Shown here piece after piece: positions 50,151 through 60,409 of a DNA stretch of 64,000 nt (position 1 is its first letter; each line of letters starts with the position of its first letter). Where the stretch lies: contig JBKBIZ010000008.1 in NCBI GenBank assembly GCA_046293975.1, positions 2,059-66,058 of the forward strand. Reading direction: 5' to 3'. Source of the DNA: Hyphomonas sp. (GTDB lineage: Bacteria; Pseudomonadota; Alphaproteobacteria; Caulobacterales; Hyphomonadaceae). The position numbers were made by a program, and so were the translations under genes. The notes below the pieces were generated by a model. The model was not told where the DNA came from. It was given only the letters and a program-made list of their open reading frames with translations, and did no database searches.

Positions 50151-50831
50151 TCAGAATTTGTAGCCCAGGCCCACGCCGACTATCAGCGGGTCGATGTCAA
50201 CTTCCGCATTTACTTTCGCGCCAAGGGCTGTGGTGAAGTCCACTGTCACGTCCGTATTGATCCACACCTTCTTGATGTCGACATTGAGGGCCCAGCCACC
50301 CTCCTTGCCATCAAGGTCGTAGTCGAAACCGGCCTGAAGGGCAGGGCCAAAGCTTGGATCATAGTCGATCCCGTCTGCCACAGGGCCGGCATCCTCATTG
50401 AAGAAGAAGGTCGCGTTCACGCCCGCGCCGACATAGGGCTTGAACCGGGTGCCATTCTGGAAATGGTACTGGAGGGTCAGGGTTGGCGGCAGCAGCCAGA
50501 CATCGCCCAGATCAATCGTGGCGTTGGTCAACGCGCCCGGAACTGTGACACTGGTTGCCTTCACATCATGGGGTGTAACGCCAAGGATCAGCTCTGCGGC
50601 GATATTCTTGTTGAAGAAGTAGGTGATATCGAGTTCCGGAACGTACTGGTCACCGATATCGACGCCGCCTTGCAGGGCAGTGCTCCCGACCGACAAGGCG
50701 CCTGCTTCATCGGGCATGACCCCGATCACGCGCGCGCGGACCATCCAGGGATTGTCTTCAGCACTGGCGGTGCCTGCAAATCCCATCATTGCAGTGCTTG
50801 CCATCAGGGTGGCTGCGAGGAGCTTTTTCAT
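50151..50831 (-). CDS. ompW: OmpW family outer membrane protein
   Basis: [47 protein letters not shown]. Confidence 0.95.
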   Translation of the reverse strand: MKKLLAATLMASTAMMGFAGTASAEDNPWMVRARVIGVMPDEAGALSVGSTALQGGVDIGDQYVPELDITYFFNKNIAAELILGVTPHDVKATSVTVPGALTNATIDLGDVWLLPPTLTLQYHFQNGTRFKPYVGAGVNATFFFNEDAGPVADGIDYDPSFGPALQAGFDYDLDGKEGGWALNVDIKKVWINTDVTVDFTTALGAKVNAEVDIDPLIVGVGLGYKF

Positions 50832-51113
50832 GTTTGAAACCCGCTGTTTCTGTGAGTGGTGCAGATCAGGTAATCCTCTGAAACTAAAGGCGAAATTGAT
50901 CAGTTTGACGCGCGTCTGCGAGCCGCGCGGCAGATGCGCTCATTTAGGTACTCGTCCGTATTGAGATAAAGAGGATGGCCAGCGATATTTCTGGTCTATA
51001 TGGCTGAAATGGCCGGAAATTCTGGTGGCTATGTCGCACTGCCCTTGGGAGAGGCTTGCCTTGGGGCAACGTAGTTGGGAACATGGCGCGATCCCAATCC
51101 GCTGGAGTTTCAA

Positions 51114-52247
51114 ATGCCGGTCATGAATTTTCTAACTCAGTGCGTCTTCGATTCTGGCGCGCTGAAACAACTCGCAAAACTTGCAAAAGCCCGAGGCATA
51201 ACCCGTCCCTTCATTGTGACCGATGCCGGGATAAAGGCCTCTGGCATCCTTGCGCAAGTCGAGGATGCACTGGGGGTTGCGCCTGCGGGGGTTTTTGCCG
51301 AGACAGTTCCCAACCCGACCGAAACCCAGACAAAACTGGCGACTGCCATATACAAGGAATCCGGCGCAGACGGCATCATTGCAGTCGGTGGTGGTTCTTC
51401 GATGGATCATGCCAAGGCCATTGGTCTTATGGCGAGCCACTCTGAACCGCTGGAAACGTATGCGGCCATTATTGGGGGCGCCAAACTGGTCGGTAAGATC
51501 CCTCCGCTGATCGCTATCCCGACGACTGCTGGTACCGGCTCGGAAGTTTCGGTGGGTATGGTCATCATTATGGAGAATGGCCGCAAGGAAACCTTTGCAT
51601 CCCCCAATCTTATCCCTCTGGTTGCACTTTGTGATCCTGATCTGACCCTTGGTTTGCCAGCAGGGTTGACGGCTGCCACCGGCATGGATGCGCTGACGCA
51701 CTGTATCGAAGCTGTTCTGACACCCTCTGTCAATCCGCCTGCGGAGGGAATTGGATATGACGGGGCGCACCGTGCGTTTGCAATGGGCATGCTGAAGCGC
51801 GCCGTAAAAGACGGATCGGACTCTGAGGCCCGTTGGCACATGATGATGGCAAGCTATGAAGGCGCGCTGGCTTTCGTAAAGGGGCTTGGCGGTGTTCACG
51901 CACTCAGCCACGCAGCCGGACGTCTGCATGAGAAGAGGTTGCATCATGGCACACTGAATGCGGTCTTCCTTCCGCATATCCTGAGATTTCATAATGGCGC
52001 AGCCGACGAGAAGTATGCCCGCCTGCGTCAGGCAATGGGTCTCAAGGCCAGCGCAGACCTCGCAGACGCCATTCAAGATCTGAACGATGCTATCGGCATT
52101 CCGAAGACGCTGGGTGCAATGGGGCTGTCAGCATCTGACGGTCCGGGGGTCGTCGAGTATGCCCTTCTGGATCTGGCGCACGCTGGCAATCCGCGCCCAA
52201 TGAGCGCGGATGATTATGCCAAGGTCTATGAGATCGCTCTGGGTTGA
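51114..52247 (+). CDS. Iron-containing alcohol dehydrogenase
   Basis: GGGSSMD, IPTTAGTGSE, DALTHCIE, HALSH, HHG. Confidence 0.93.
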   Translation: MPVMNFLTQCVFDSGALKQLAKLAKARGITRPFIVTDAGIKASGILAQVEDALGVAPAGVFAETVPNPTETQTKLATAIYKESGADGIIAVGGGSSMDHAKAIGLMASHSEPLETYAAIIGGAKLVGKIPPLIAIPTTAGTGSEVSVGMVIIMENGRKETFASPNLIPLVALCDPDLTLGLPAGLTAATGMDALTHCIEAVLTPSVNPPAEGIGYDGAHRAFAMGMLKRAVKDGSDSEARWHMMMASYEGALAFVKGLGGVHALSHAAGRLHEKRLHHGTLNAVFLPHILRFHNGAADEKYARLRQAMGLKASADLADAIQDLNDAIGIPKTLGAMGLSASDGPGVVEYALLDLAHAGNPRPMSADDYAKVYEIALG

Positions 52248-52372
52248 GGAAACAGCATTGGCACGCCGCTTCGCCCCCATTCTAAAGATGGCCGCAGGTC
52301 ATCATGTTGGGGAAGAGGCGGCGTTGCCAAAGTCGGTCAAAACTTGCTCAGCGTCGGCTAACGGTCGGTTAC

Positions 52373-53431
52373 CTATTCAGCCGATAGGGCGGGCAGGCTC
52401 AGCGCGGTCTCGATATCCGCCCAGTTCACCAGTTTGAAGTTCTGGTTTTCGCCGGAACGTGGATTGCCGTCATCCTGCACGACAAGAACGCCGCGTGGAA
52501 AGTCGGGCAAGGCGCCGGAAAATACGTCCAGACCGTCAGTATGGGTCACTTCATCAATACCGAGTGCATCATTTGCGACGATAGAGAAGCTGCCGCGATG
52601 AGTATGAGGAGCTTTGCGATCATAGACGACAAAGCGGTTGTCCTTTTGCGCGGAAGCTACCACCCAGCCTTCTCCGGTCTTCCCTCTCCAGATCGAGATG
52701 CCTTCGACATCTGCAACCAGGCCTGAAGGCCCACCGACGGAATCGATCAGTGTGGGGACGGGGGTATCTTCCCGATAGGCGACGGACCAGAGGCCGTGAT
52801 CTTCCTCTCCTACGAAGAGGAGGCCATTGACCTCATCAAACACACAGCCTTCCAGCTGAGTTTCCAGTTTGATGGACTTCTGGAGCTCCCCCGTGGTCTC
52901 TGAAGGACTTGTCGATACAGTCCAAATTTGAAGAGTGCCGTCCTTGTAGGTAACGCCCGCATAGTCACGGCCATCTTCACGCCCCTGGCAGATGCCATAG
53001 GGTTCGACTTTGCCAGTTGGAACGTCCCCGTGATGGGTAACTTTTCCATCAGTGCGATCAATGAGGAAAACCGATATGGCGTTTACCTGATCATTGCTCG
53101 CAAGGGCGACATCAAATGAACGATCCGCTGACTGACGAACATCAACATTGTTGATGAGGCCAATCGTAAGGCGTTGGGCTTCAGACCCGTCCAGCGCAAA
53201 GACCACGAGGCCTTCTTTTTTGTTTGTGCCGAGGATGAGAGATTTCGCAGCGTCCTGTGGATGACGCCACACGGCCGGATCGTCAGCCGCATCTCCCTTC
53301 GCACCAGCCGGTGCAGTCTCGACACTTGCCATAACGAATTTCTGATCTTCCAGAATGGGGGCAGGCACAGAGCTACAGGCGGCTGCACTGAGCGCGAGGA
53401 CGATTGCAAGCGCGGGTCGGTGGAAGAACAT
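52373..53431 (-). CDS. phy: Beta-propeller phytase lipoprotein
   Basis: Lipobox SAAAC; DAADDPAVW, GTNKK, NNVDVR, YG, EGC, DVEG, TDG, QDD, QNFK. Confidence 0.9.
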   Translation of the reverse strand: MFFHRPALAIVLALSAAACSSVPAPILEDQKFVMASVETAPAGAKGDAADDPAVWRHPQDAAKSLILGTNKKEGLVVFALDGSEAQRLTIGLINNVDVRQSADRSFDVALASNDQVNAISVFLIDRTDGKVTHHGDVPTGKVEPYGICQGREDGRDYAGVTYKDGTLQIWTVSTSPSETTGELQKSIKLETQLEGCVFDEVNGLLFVGEEDHGLWSVAYREDTPVPTLIDSVGGPSGLVADVEGISIWRGKTGEGWVVASAQKDNRFVVYDRKAPHTHRGSFSIVANDALGIDEVTHTDGLDVFSGALPDFPRGVLVVQDDGNPRSGENQNFKLVNWADIETALSLPALSAE

Positions 53432-53512
53432 TGTGGCTCCTTTGGGCAGGTGAGGGCGACTCTGCTAGCCTGCTTATCGCTACAGTATGACAGTATCGAG
53501 ACGCAGCCGAGC

Positions 53513-54391
53513 TCAGAAATTTCCTGCCTCCCAATAGGCTGTCCATCTTGCCGAAAGGGCTTTGGGCTTTTCGGCTGTAAGCAGGCTGGACCAATGCTGT
53601 GCTTTCTTCAGCAGTCTTTTCTGGTCGCGCGATGCAGCCCGCTGGGCCGCCTTGAGTGTGTCCTTTTCCAGAACGCCGTCGGGGAACGCGTCGACAGCCA
53701 CAATGAACAGGCCGGTATCACGCCAGTCTCCCAGGCACGCTGACAGGCGACTCGCCATACGGGCGTGGGCGTCCATCGCATCTGGGCAGATGCGCCCAAG
53801 AAGAAGTGTCTGGTGCCAATGGTTCTTTGCGCTTTTGCGCCAGTCATGCGTGGCGTCTTCTTCACCAGAGCGAACTGCTGCCGCAAAATCCGTCCGCAGA
53901 CGTCTGTAACCGCGTCTCATGCCGGGGCGGATAGCATCGATGCCTCCTGCCTCAAGTTTCCAGACTGTAGCCCGCTTTGACGCAGCTCGCATATCCCGCC
54001 CAAATGACTTGAGAAGTTTGACAGATCCAGTTGCATCCTGGGTGAGTGCAAGATGGCTGGTCAGCGCAGCTTCAATGGATGAGGCTGCCTCTTGTGGAAG
54101 CTTCAGCCGCTGGAGACTATCGAGAACTGCGCTTGAATCCCGGGCTGAAGAAAGGGTGCGTGCCGCGTCTCTCAAGACGGCATTCTCGGCGGTGGATTGA
54201 GCAAATACAGGAGCGATCAGCCGGATCAGGGAGCGCAGTTTTTTGGTGCACTTGCGCACTTCATGGACTTGCTTGGGCCCCGGCATTTCCGTGTTCGCCA
54301 GTATATCTGCAATCCGTTTGAACTCTTCAGCCGCTATTCTCCGGATGCCGTCTTGGACTGTCTCGCTACCAGGCTTTAATCGGTACGCCAT
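53513..54391 (-). CDS. CHAD domain (polyphosphate-binding) protein
   Basis: VHEVRK..KKLRS, LSSARD, HDWRKSAK, LGDWRD. Confidence 0.88.
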   Translation of the reverse strand: MAYRLKPGSETVQDGIRRIAAEEFKRIADILANTEMPGPKQVHEVRKCTKKLRSLIRLIAPVFAQSTAENAVLRDAARTLSSARDSSAVLDSLQRLKLPQEAASSIEAALTSHLALTQDATGSVKLLKSFGRDMRAASKRATVWKLEAGGIDAIRPGMRRGYRRLRTDFAAAVRSGEEDATHDWRKSAKNHWHQTLLLGRICPDAMDAHARMASRLSACLGDWRDTGLFIVAVDAFPDGVLEKDTLKAAQRAASRDQKRLLKKAQHWSSLLTAEKPKALSARWTAYWEAGNF

Positions 54392-54543
54392 CTTCCTGTA
54401 ATCGCCCCTTCATGCTTCCGGCGACCATAAGCTCTCACATCCGGCAGCTGAGTACTAATCGGATCGCGCCAAGGGCGAGTGAATGTTACGGAAAAATGTA
54501 AAATACCTACATGTCATCGCAGCGAATCCGGCGATAAGGGCGT

Positions 54544-54966
54544 ATGCTACAGAGCCTACAATCCTTATTCGGTGGAATTGCCCTCATAACCTGCGCAATG
54601 GCGATAGGGGCCTCTTGGGTGACATCAATCGCCTCACCCAATTGCAGCTTCGACAAGCTGACCGGGGCGCGCGCAGATACGCATGTTCGCGAACTGCTCT
54701 ACCGAACAGCAACGCCGATTGCCGGAATGATGCTGGTGTCAGGCGCGCTTTTTCTCCTGGCGGCAAGCTGGATAGCCGGTACGGTTGCCCTTGTTTCGTC
54801 ATTTGGTTTTTTTGCGACACGCATGATGCTGTCGCCGAAAGAGGGGAAAAACCCCAAAGGAGTGCGCACACGCAGGAAGGAGCAGAGAGGCAGCTCCGTC
54901 ATGCTGTCCCTGATGTTCACAGTCGCAGCGGCTGCCGCTGCCCTCCTGGGTTTGTTTGGCCTCTAG
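54544..54966 (+). CDS. Hypothetical membrane protein
   Basis: Four hydrophobic segments. Confidence 0.65.
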   Translation: MLQSLQSLFGGIALITCAMAIGASWVTSIASPNCSFDKLTGARADTHVRELLYRTATPIAGMMLVSGALFLLAASWIAGTVALVSSFGFFATRMMLSPKEGKNPKGVRTRRKEQRGSSVMLSLMFTVAAAAAALLGLFGL

Positions 54967-55304
54967 GCCATCACCAGCCACAAGCAGCCCATTTCATGCA
55001 ACTTCCGGAAGCTTTCGGAGGAACGTTGCGCAGCTGATTTTGCAAGGCGCCCCGCTGTCTTCCTGTTTGCAGCCAGCATCATCACACAGATAATCAGGCC
55101 CAGGCCTGCCATCCACCATCCGACGACCAGAGCGGCGATGACGCCGCCCAGGCAGACGAAATAGGCCATAGCGTCCAGGATGCGCAGCCGGATGTGCAGC
55201 CACCGGCCAAAGGGCTTCAGCAGTTCAGGGTGGCGGTGTAGCGTTTCGGCATCAATGGCGAAACGTGTGCCCGGCGTATTCTCGAATATCAACGCCCTCG
55301 TCAT
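54963..55304 (-). CDS. Hypothetical membrane protein
   Basis: Two TMs; start chosen at MTRALIFE. Confidence 0.6.
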   Translation of the reverse strand: MTRALIFENTPGTRFAIDAETLHRHPELLKPFGRWLHIRLRILDAMAYFVCLGGVIAALVVGWWMAGLGLIICVMMLAANRKTAGRLAKSAAQRSSESFRKLHEMGCLWLVMA

Positions 55305-55529
55305 GCGCCCTGCATCGTGGGGATTTGGCTGGCAGGTCAGAAACATCAGCATCACTCCGGGTAGAACTCTTCTAGTGGGAGGACAGCTACCGGCCGGATG
55401 TTAACTCTGCGCGGGTCTTGGCACGGAATTTTCAGGGATTTTCAAGACTTTCAGTTAACCTTGCCTCTTCCCTTAGGGAATATGCCCGCTGGCGAAAACA
55501 TTTGCCGGAGCGTTTTTTGGGGCGTACGC

Positions 55530-55541
55530 TGCACTGCAACA
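55530..55541 (+). promoter_or_regulatory. PhaR-like box upstream of phaZ
   Basis: TGCACTGCAACA (TGC-N3-GCA core) ~20 bp before phaZ. Confidence 0.55.
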
Positions 55542-55559
55542 TAAAGGGTGCGAAAGACG

Positions 55560-56858
55560 ATGCTTTATTCCCTTGTCGAACTGAACAGGGTCGCGATGGC
55601 GCCCATGAGGCTTGCCGCTCGCGCAGGCTTGGCGGCGTTGAACTCGCCCTTGAACCCGATTGGCCAGACCAGCTATGGCAAATCGCTGTCCGCAATGGCG
55701 GACGTGTTCGAGAGTGCAACACGGTATTATGGCAAGCCGGAATGGCGCATCGGGTCGGTTCGCATCAACAGCATTGATGTCCCGGTTGAGCAGCAAGTCG
55801 TGTGGCGATCCCCTTGGTGTGGCCTGGTTCATTTTCGGAAAGATCCAGAACGCCTGGCCGAGGCACGCCGGAAAGGGGCTGCTCCGCTTCCCCGCCTGTT
55901 GATTGTCGCGCCTTTGTCAGGGCACTACGCCACCCTTCTTCGGGGAACTGTTGAAGGCTTTCTGGAGACACATGATGTCTACATTACCGACTGGGCAGAC
56001 GCGCGCATGGCGCCGGTATGGCTCGGCCGGTTCGACCTGGACGATTATATCGATCATATCCGCAAGGCCCTGACCCATCTTGGCGGCGGCGCCCATGTGC
56101 TTGCCGTGTGCCAACCCGGCCCGCCTGTACTCGCGGCCATTTCGATGATGGCCGAAGATGAGGATCCGGCCCTTCCGGCGACCATGACCTTCATGGGCTC
56201 GCCGATCGATGCACGCCGCTCGCCGACCGTCCCGAACAAGCTTGCCGAAGAGCGCCCCTTCGAATGGTTCGAGCAGAACATGATCTACACGGTGCCTGCG
56301 CCCTATCCGGGTGTCCTGCGCCGGGTTTATCCGGGTTTCGTGCAGCTGGCTTCGTTCATGAACATGAACTGGGACCGTCATGTCGACGCTCACTGGAAAT
56401 TCTTCAATCACCTGGTTGATGGCGACGGTGATAATGCCGGCCGGCACCGCGAGTTTTATGATGAGTATCTTTCCGTCCTTGATCTGACGGAAGAGTTTTA
56501 TCTCCAGACCATCCAGAGAGTGTTCCAGGAACACCATCTGGCGCGGGGCATCTACAAATATCGCGGTCAACGCCTTGTGAAACCGGATGCAATCCGCAGC
56601 GTTGCCCTCATGACGGTTGAGGGTGAGAAGGATGATATCTCAGGCATTGGCCAGACGCAGGCCGCGCACGATATCTGCACCAACATTCCGGAAGATATGC
56701 GTACGGACTATATCCAACCGGGTGTCGGTCACTATGGTGTTTTCAACGGGTCGCGCTTCGAAACGGAAATTGCACCGCGGGTGACCCAGTTTACCCGCCG
56801 ATTCACCAGCCGTGAGAAGGAAGAAGCCGCCCATTCTGCCGCCGCCAAGCGGCGCTGA
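55560..56858 (+). CDS. phaZ: Intracellular PHB depolymerase
   Basis: LLIVAPLSGHYATLLR, FDLDDYID, AVCQP, EGEKDDISG, VGHYGVF. Confidence 0.95.
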   Translation: MLYSLVELNRVAMAPMRLAARAGLAALNSPLNPIGQTSYGKSLSAMADVFESATRYYGKPEWRIGSVRINSIDVPVEQQVVWRSPWCGLVHFRKDPERLAEARRKGAAPLPRLLIVAPLSGHYATLLRGTVEGFLETHDVYITDWADARMAPVWLGRFDLDDYIDHIRKALTHLGGGAHVLAVCQPGPPVLAAISMMAEDEDPALPATMTFMGSPIDARRSPTVPNKLAEERPFEWFEQNMIYTVPAPYPGVLRRVYPGFVQLASFMNMNWDRHVDAHWKFFNHLVDGDGDNAGRHREFYDEYLSVLDLTEEFYLQTIQRVFQEHHLARGIYKYRGQRLVKPDAIRSVALMTVEGEKDDISGIGQTQAAHDICTNIPEDMRTDYIQPGVGHYGVFNGSRFETEIAPRVTQFTRRFTSREKEEAAHSAAAKRR

Positions 56859-56864
56859 GTTTCT

Positions 56865-57935
56865 TCAGGCGCAGATGTTTGCTTCGAAATCCAGAAGCTC
56901 GATCTCTGGGGTGAGGTGACCTTCCTTGTGGGGCTCTTCAGCCGCCAGGGCGGTCGAAAGGTACTTCTTGTTGTCATCGCAGAAGACGGTGGCAACGCAG
57001 GCCGTCTCTCCCAGCCTTTCGGCTGCGATCAGAGCGCCAATCAGGTTGGCGCCCGATGAGATGCCTACTCCAAGTCCCAGTTCTCGCGCGAGCCTCTGCG
57101 CCATCCGGATGGCATCGCCGTCAGATACCGCGATCACATCGTCGACCAGGTCGAGTTGAACCAGTGCCGGTATGAAATCATCCGAAATTCCCTGGATACG
57201 GTGCTGGCCCACTTTATGGCCCGTCGACAGGGTCGGCGACTCCATAGGTTCAAGCGGGTGGACTTTCACATCCGGAAATACCGCTTTCAGCGTTCGGCCG
57301 ACACCCATGACGGTGCCGCCAGTCCCAACACCGGCCACAAAGGCATCTGGCTGCAAGCCAAGCCCAGCCATCTGCTGGATCAGCTCCCGTGCGGTTGTGT
57401 TGGCGTGAGCGGCGGAGTTGTCGGCGTTGGAGAACTGGCAGGGCAGGAATACGTCGCTATGACGGGCCAGCTTTTCTGTCGCGGCGATGGCACCGAGGAA
57501 CCCGCCCTGATCCCGTGAGAGCAGGTTCAGGTTCGCGCCGAGGCTCTGTAGCAGGCTTTTACGCTCCGCGCTCATCCAGTCTGGCATGAAAATCTCGACC
57601 GGATGACCCAGAGCGCGGCCGAGCGCCGTCAAAGCGATCCCGGCATTTCCGCTGGTTGCTTCGGCAATCGTGTCGCCCGGCCGCAGCGCTCCGGAGCGAT
57701 AGGCGCAGGCCAGAATCGAAAGCGCCATCCGGTCCTTGATCGAGCCGGTTAGATTGTAATGCTCCGCCTTCGCATGGATGACGCGCTCCCTGCCTCGGAA
57801 GCGTAGCCGGATCGAAAGCAGCGGTGTGCGGCCGATCAGGGCAGAGAGGGCCTTCAGCCGCGCTTCCTGGCAGTGAGTAGCCGAGGGGAGGGACGAAACG
57901 GGTGGCTGCGAAAGAGCGGAAGCGGGCTGAGGCAT
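56865..57935 (-). CDS. PLP-dependent cysteine synthase family protein
   Basis: [49 protein letters not shown]. Confidence 0.9.
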   Translation of the reverse strand: MPQPASALSQPPVSSLPSATHCQEARLKALSALIGRTPLLSIRLRFRGRERVIHAKAEHYNLTGSIKDRMALSILACAYRSGALRPGDTIAEATSGNAGIALTALGRALGHPVEIFMPDWMSAERKSLLQSLGANLNLLSRDQGGFLGAIAATEKLARHSDVFLPCQFSNADNSAAHANTTARELIQQMAGLGLQPDAFVAGVGTGGTVMGVGRTLKAVFPDVKVHPLEPMESPTLSTGHKVGQHRIQGISDDFIPALVQLDLVDDVIAVSDGDAIRMAQRLARELGLGVGISSGANLIGALIAAERLGETACVATVFCDDNKKYLSTALAAEEPHKEGHLTPEIELLDFEANICA

Positions 57936-58032
57936 GGGAGTAAAAGTCTCATGCCAAACGCCCAAAATCATCTGAGTATTATATTGAAAAGTTACTATTC
58001 ATGATGAAAAATTTCGATAATAATATCAAATA

Positions 58033-58491
58033 ATGGAAAAAATTGACGAAACAGACCGCGCTATTCTCAGGGCGCTACAGGCAGATGGCAGTGCGTCACT
58101 CGAAATGATCTCCGAGCTGGCCAGCATATCTGTGAACACCTGCTGGCGCCGGGTGAAGCGCCTTGAAGAATCGGGCGTTCTTGCCAAGCGCGTTGCGCTG
58201 ATTGACCCGGACAAGGTCGGATTGTCCCAGACAGTCTTTGTGGCCATCCGTACCCGCGACCATTCCGCAGCCTGGCTGGCGCGGTTTTCTGGCGCGGTGC
58301 GTTCGATCCCTGAAGTGATTGAATTCTACCGGATGGCCGGAGATGTGGATTATCTCCTCAAAGTTCAGGTGGGCAGCGTCGCTGACTATGACCGCGTCTA
58401 CAAGGCGTTGATTGCGCGGGTCGATCTCGCCGATGTCAGTGCAACATTCGCAATGGAATGCCTGAAGAACACGACAGAGCTGCCGATTTAA
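58033..58491 (+). CDS. Lrp/AsnC family regulator, DecR-like
   Basis: DRAILRALQ, CWRRVKRLE, HSAAWL, FYRMAGDVDYLLKV, KNTTELP. Confidence 0.9.
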   Translation: MEKIDETDRAILRALQADGSASLEMISELASISVNTCWRRVKRLEESGVLAKRVALIDPDKVGLSQTVFVAIRTRDHSAAWLARFSGAVRSIPEVIEFYRMAGDVDYLLKVQVGSVADYDRVYKALIARVDLADVSATFAMECLKNTTELPI

Positions 58492-59336
58492 TATCCTGGA
58501 CCCGGCACTGGCAGCATGAGTTCGGGCATCAGGCACCCTGCAAGGGATTGAGCTGGCGTGGAGCCGGCGGCGCCATCTGGCTGGCGCAAATAGGCGCGCA
58601 TTGCTTCACTCGCCACGCGGTCAAAGCTCTCGATCGCTGCGGGTTGGAGGGTTTCCTTCAGGATGCGGGCATTCTGGCATGTTCTGTGTTCCAGGATGGT
58701 GAGCGCAGCAGGTTGCCGCCCCGTTCGCAAGGCCCGGAGCGATGCCCGCATTGGAGCCGGCCGCAGAATGGCGGCGGCGGGCAGGCCCGGACCATCCGGG
58801 ATAGCCAGCCAGAGCGCGTGAACGGATGCTGGTGGATCTTTATGGGGGAAGCTGACGGCAAGAATGACCCCGCCCTGCGATTTGCGAACGTCCATCGTTA
58901 CTCCATCAGACGAAAGCGCTTCGAGCCAGGTACTTATAGCGAGATTGCGAACTTCCAGTGCCTCCCAGGTCTTGCCAGCGGCAAGCAGGGCGACAGACTG
59001 ATCAAGACGCTGAATATGAGAGAGAACAGCGCCGCCCAGAATCGCATCTTCATAATGGGCAACCGCATCAACCGCATGTCCAGCCTCCAGAGCTTTACGG
59101 GCAGTGACAAGGTGCGTTTGGGGCGCATCCGCCCGGCTGGAGCAGTCGGACAAGAAGGCTTCTGCCGTCAGTTTGAAGTAGGTTGGGCGTGCGTCCAGAG
59201 AGGGCTGATACGCGGCAGTCTGAAGTTGGGCCACGCTATTGCGGTTGCATCCCCCTTCAGCCCCTGCGGTTGTCGCAGAGGTCATCAGGGTCAGGAAAAC
59301 ACCCATAAATTTCATTATATTCATGCGCTTAGCCAT
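58488..59336 (-). CDS. Hypothetical secreted protein (possible TPR-like helices)
   Basis: Signal-peptide-like N-terminus; long ORF filling the gap; start uncertain. Confidence 0.55.
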   Translation of the reverse strand: MAKRMNIMKFMGVFLTLMTSATTAGAEGGCNRNSVAQLQTAAYQPSLDARPTYFKLTAEAFLSDCSSRADAPQTHLVTARKALEAGHAVDAVAHYEDAILGGAVLSHIQRLDQSVALLAAGKTWEALEVRNLAISTWLEALSSDGVTMDVRKSQGGVILAVSFPHKDPPASVHALWLAIPDGPGLPAAAILRPAPMRASLRALRTGRQPAALTILEHRTCQNARILKETLQPAAIESFDRVASEAMRAYLRQPDGAAGSTPAQSLAGCLMPELMLPVPGPGY

Positions 59337-59401
59337 ACCCAGACCCCGCGCTCCAAGGCGCTTGTTTCGAGAGTAACGGTGCAAGGCTTATGCCGGTTCC
59401 A

Positions 59402-60217
59402 TCAGTCCGATGGATGGATGCCGGAAGGGTCTTTCAGAGGGTGGAGATGCTCATGATCGTGATCATGCCCCTGATCATGGTCCCGGTGGCTATGGATGGG
59501 CATGGCCATCAGGATCAGCGCAATCAAAACACCTCCACCCAGGGCGGCGACGCCGCGGAGGGGCGGTTCTTCCTTCAGCGGCTGCATCAGGGGGCCGGTC
59601 GCCACATAAACCAGGAGACCTGCCGACAGGGCATAAAGCGCCGCGACGACCTCTGGACCCAGCCCCGTAAGGAAGAGCCCGCTGACCAGCGCGCCCAGAG
59701 GGGTTGTCGCCCCGGCCGCCAGGAAGGCCCAGAAGAGCGCTTCCCGAACACGAAAGCCGTGCCGTGAGAGGATTGCAAAGGCAATCACGCCCTCGGCAAA
59801 TTCATGCATGATGAGGGATGTAGAGGCGTAGACACCGGCCTCGAAACTCGCCGCGAAAGTGACCGAATAGATCACGCCATCGAGGAAGGAGTGCAGCCCA
59901 ACCGCCAGCAAAGGCGTCAGTGCCAGGGCCCGTCCGCCCGCTTTCTCCGGAAACATGGCATTGATGCCGGAAGTCAGCAGCAAACCGCCAAAAAAGCCGC
60001 CGAGCATGAACATGGGCGCGCGGGCGCTCATCAGCATGGCTTCCGGCGCAATGTGCAGCAGCGTCAAGGAAATCAGCATGCCGCCCGCTGCCAGCGAGAA
60101 CAGGCCTGACTGGCGCGCGGTCCACTCACTGCGGATCGCAACGGCCAAGAGGCCCGCCGAGGTCACGAGAGCCGCGAGAAGTCCAAACAGGATAGGCGCC
60201 TGAAGAGAAAGGGACAT
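59402..60217 (-). CDS. ZIP family metal transporter with His-rich tail
   Basis: LHIAPEA, LHSFLDG, MHEFAEG, TTPLGA; C-terminal HSHRDHDQGHDHDHEH. Confidence 0.9.
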   Translation of the reverse strand: MSLSLQAPILFGLLAALVTSAGLLAVAIRSEWTARQSGLFSLAAGGMLISLTLLHIAPEAMLMSARAPMFMLGGFFGGLLLTSGINAMFPEKAGGRALALTPLLAVGLHSFLDGVIYSVTFAASFEAGVYASTSLIMHEFAEGVIAFAILSRHGFRVREALFWAFLAAGATTPLGALVSGLFLTGLGPEVVAALYALSAGLLVYVATGPLMQPLKEEPPLRGVAALGGGVLIALILMAMPIHSHRDHDQGHDHDHEHLHPLKDPSGIHPSD

Positions 60218-60306
60218 TCTGAGGCGGATATCCGGTTGGCTGCGGCCTGGACGGGAGCAGGGGTTGATGAAGGGCTGCGTCTTGTGCGCAAGGGCACCTT
60301 GCGAAA

Positions 60307-60325
60307 AGTGTTATAATGTTTCACT
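60307..60325. promoter_or_regulatory. Zur box
   Basis: AGTGTTATAATGTTTCACT resembles TGTTATAnTATAACA; lies between divergent zinc genes. Confidence 0.75.
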
Positions 60326-60409
60326 CTGACGCTTGCCAGAAGTTTTTTGCGGCCCGGCTGGGTTTTACCCGAAATCTACGCGCCGCGTTTCAGATACCAG
60401 GAGCTGCTC

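Noticed and set aside
50905-50918. FixK/FNR box upstream of ompW (TTGACGCGCGTCTG)
   Set aside because: Right half deviates from RTCAA at two positions; too weak to call
55418-55434. Sigma54 promoter before phaZ (TGGCACGGAATTTTCA)
   Set aside because: Lacks the conserved -12 GC
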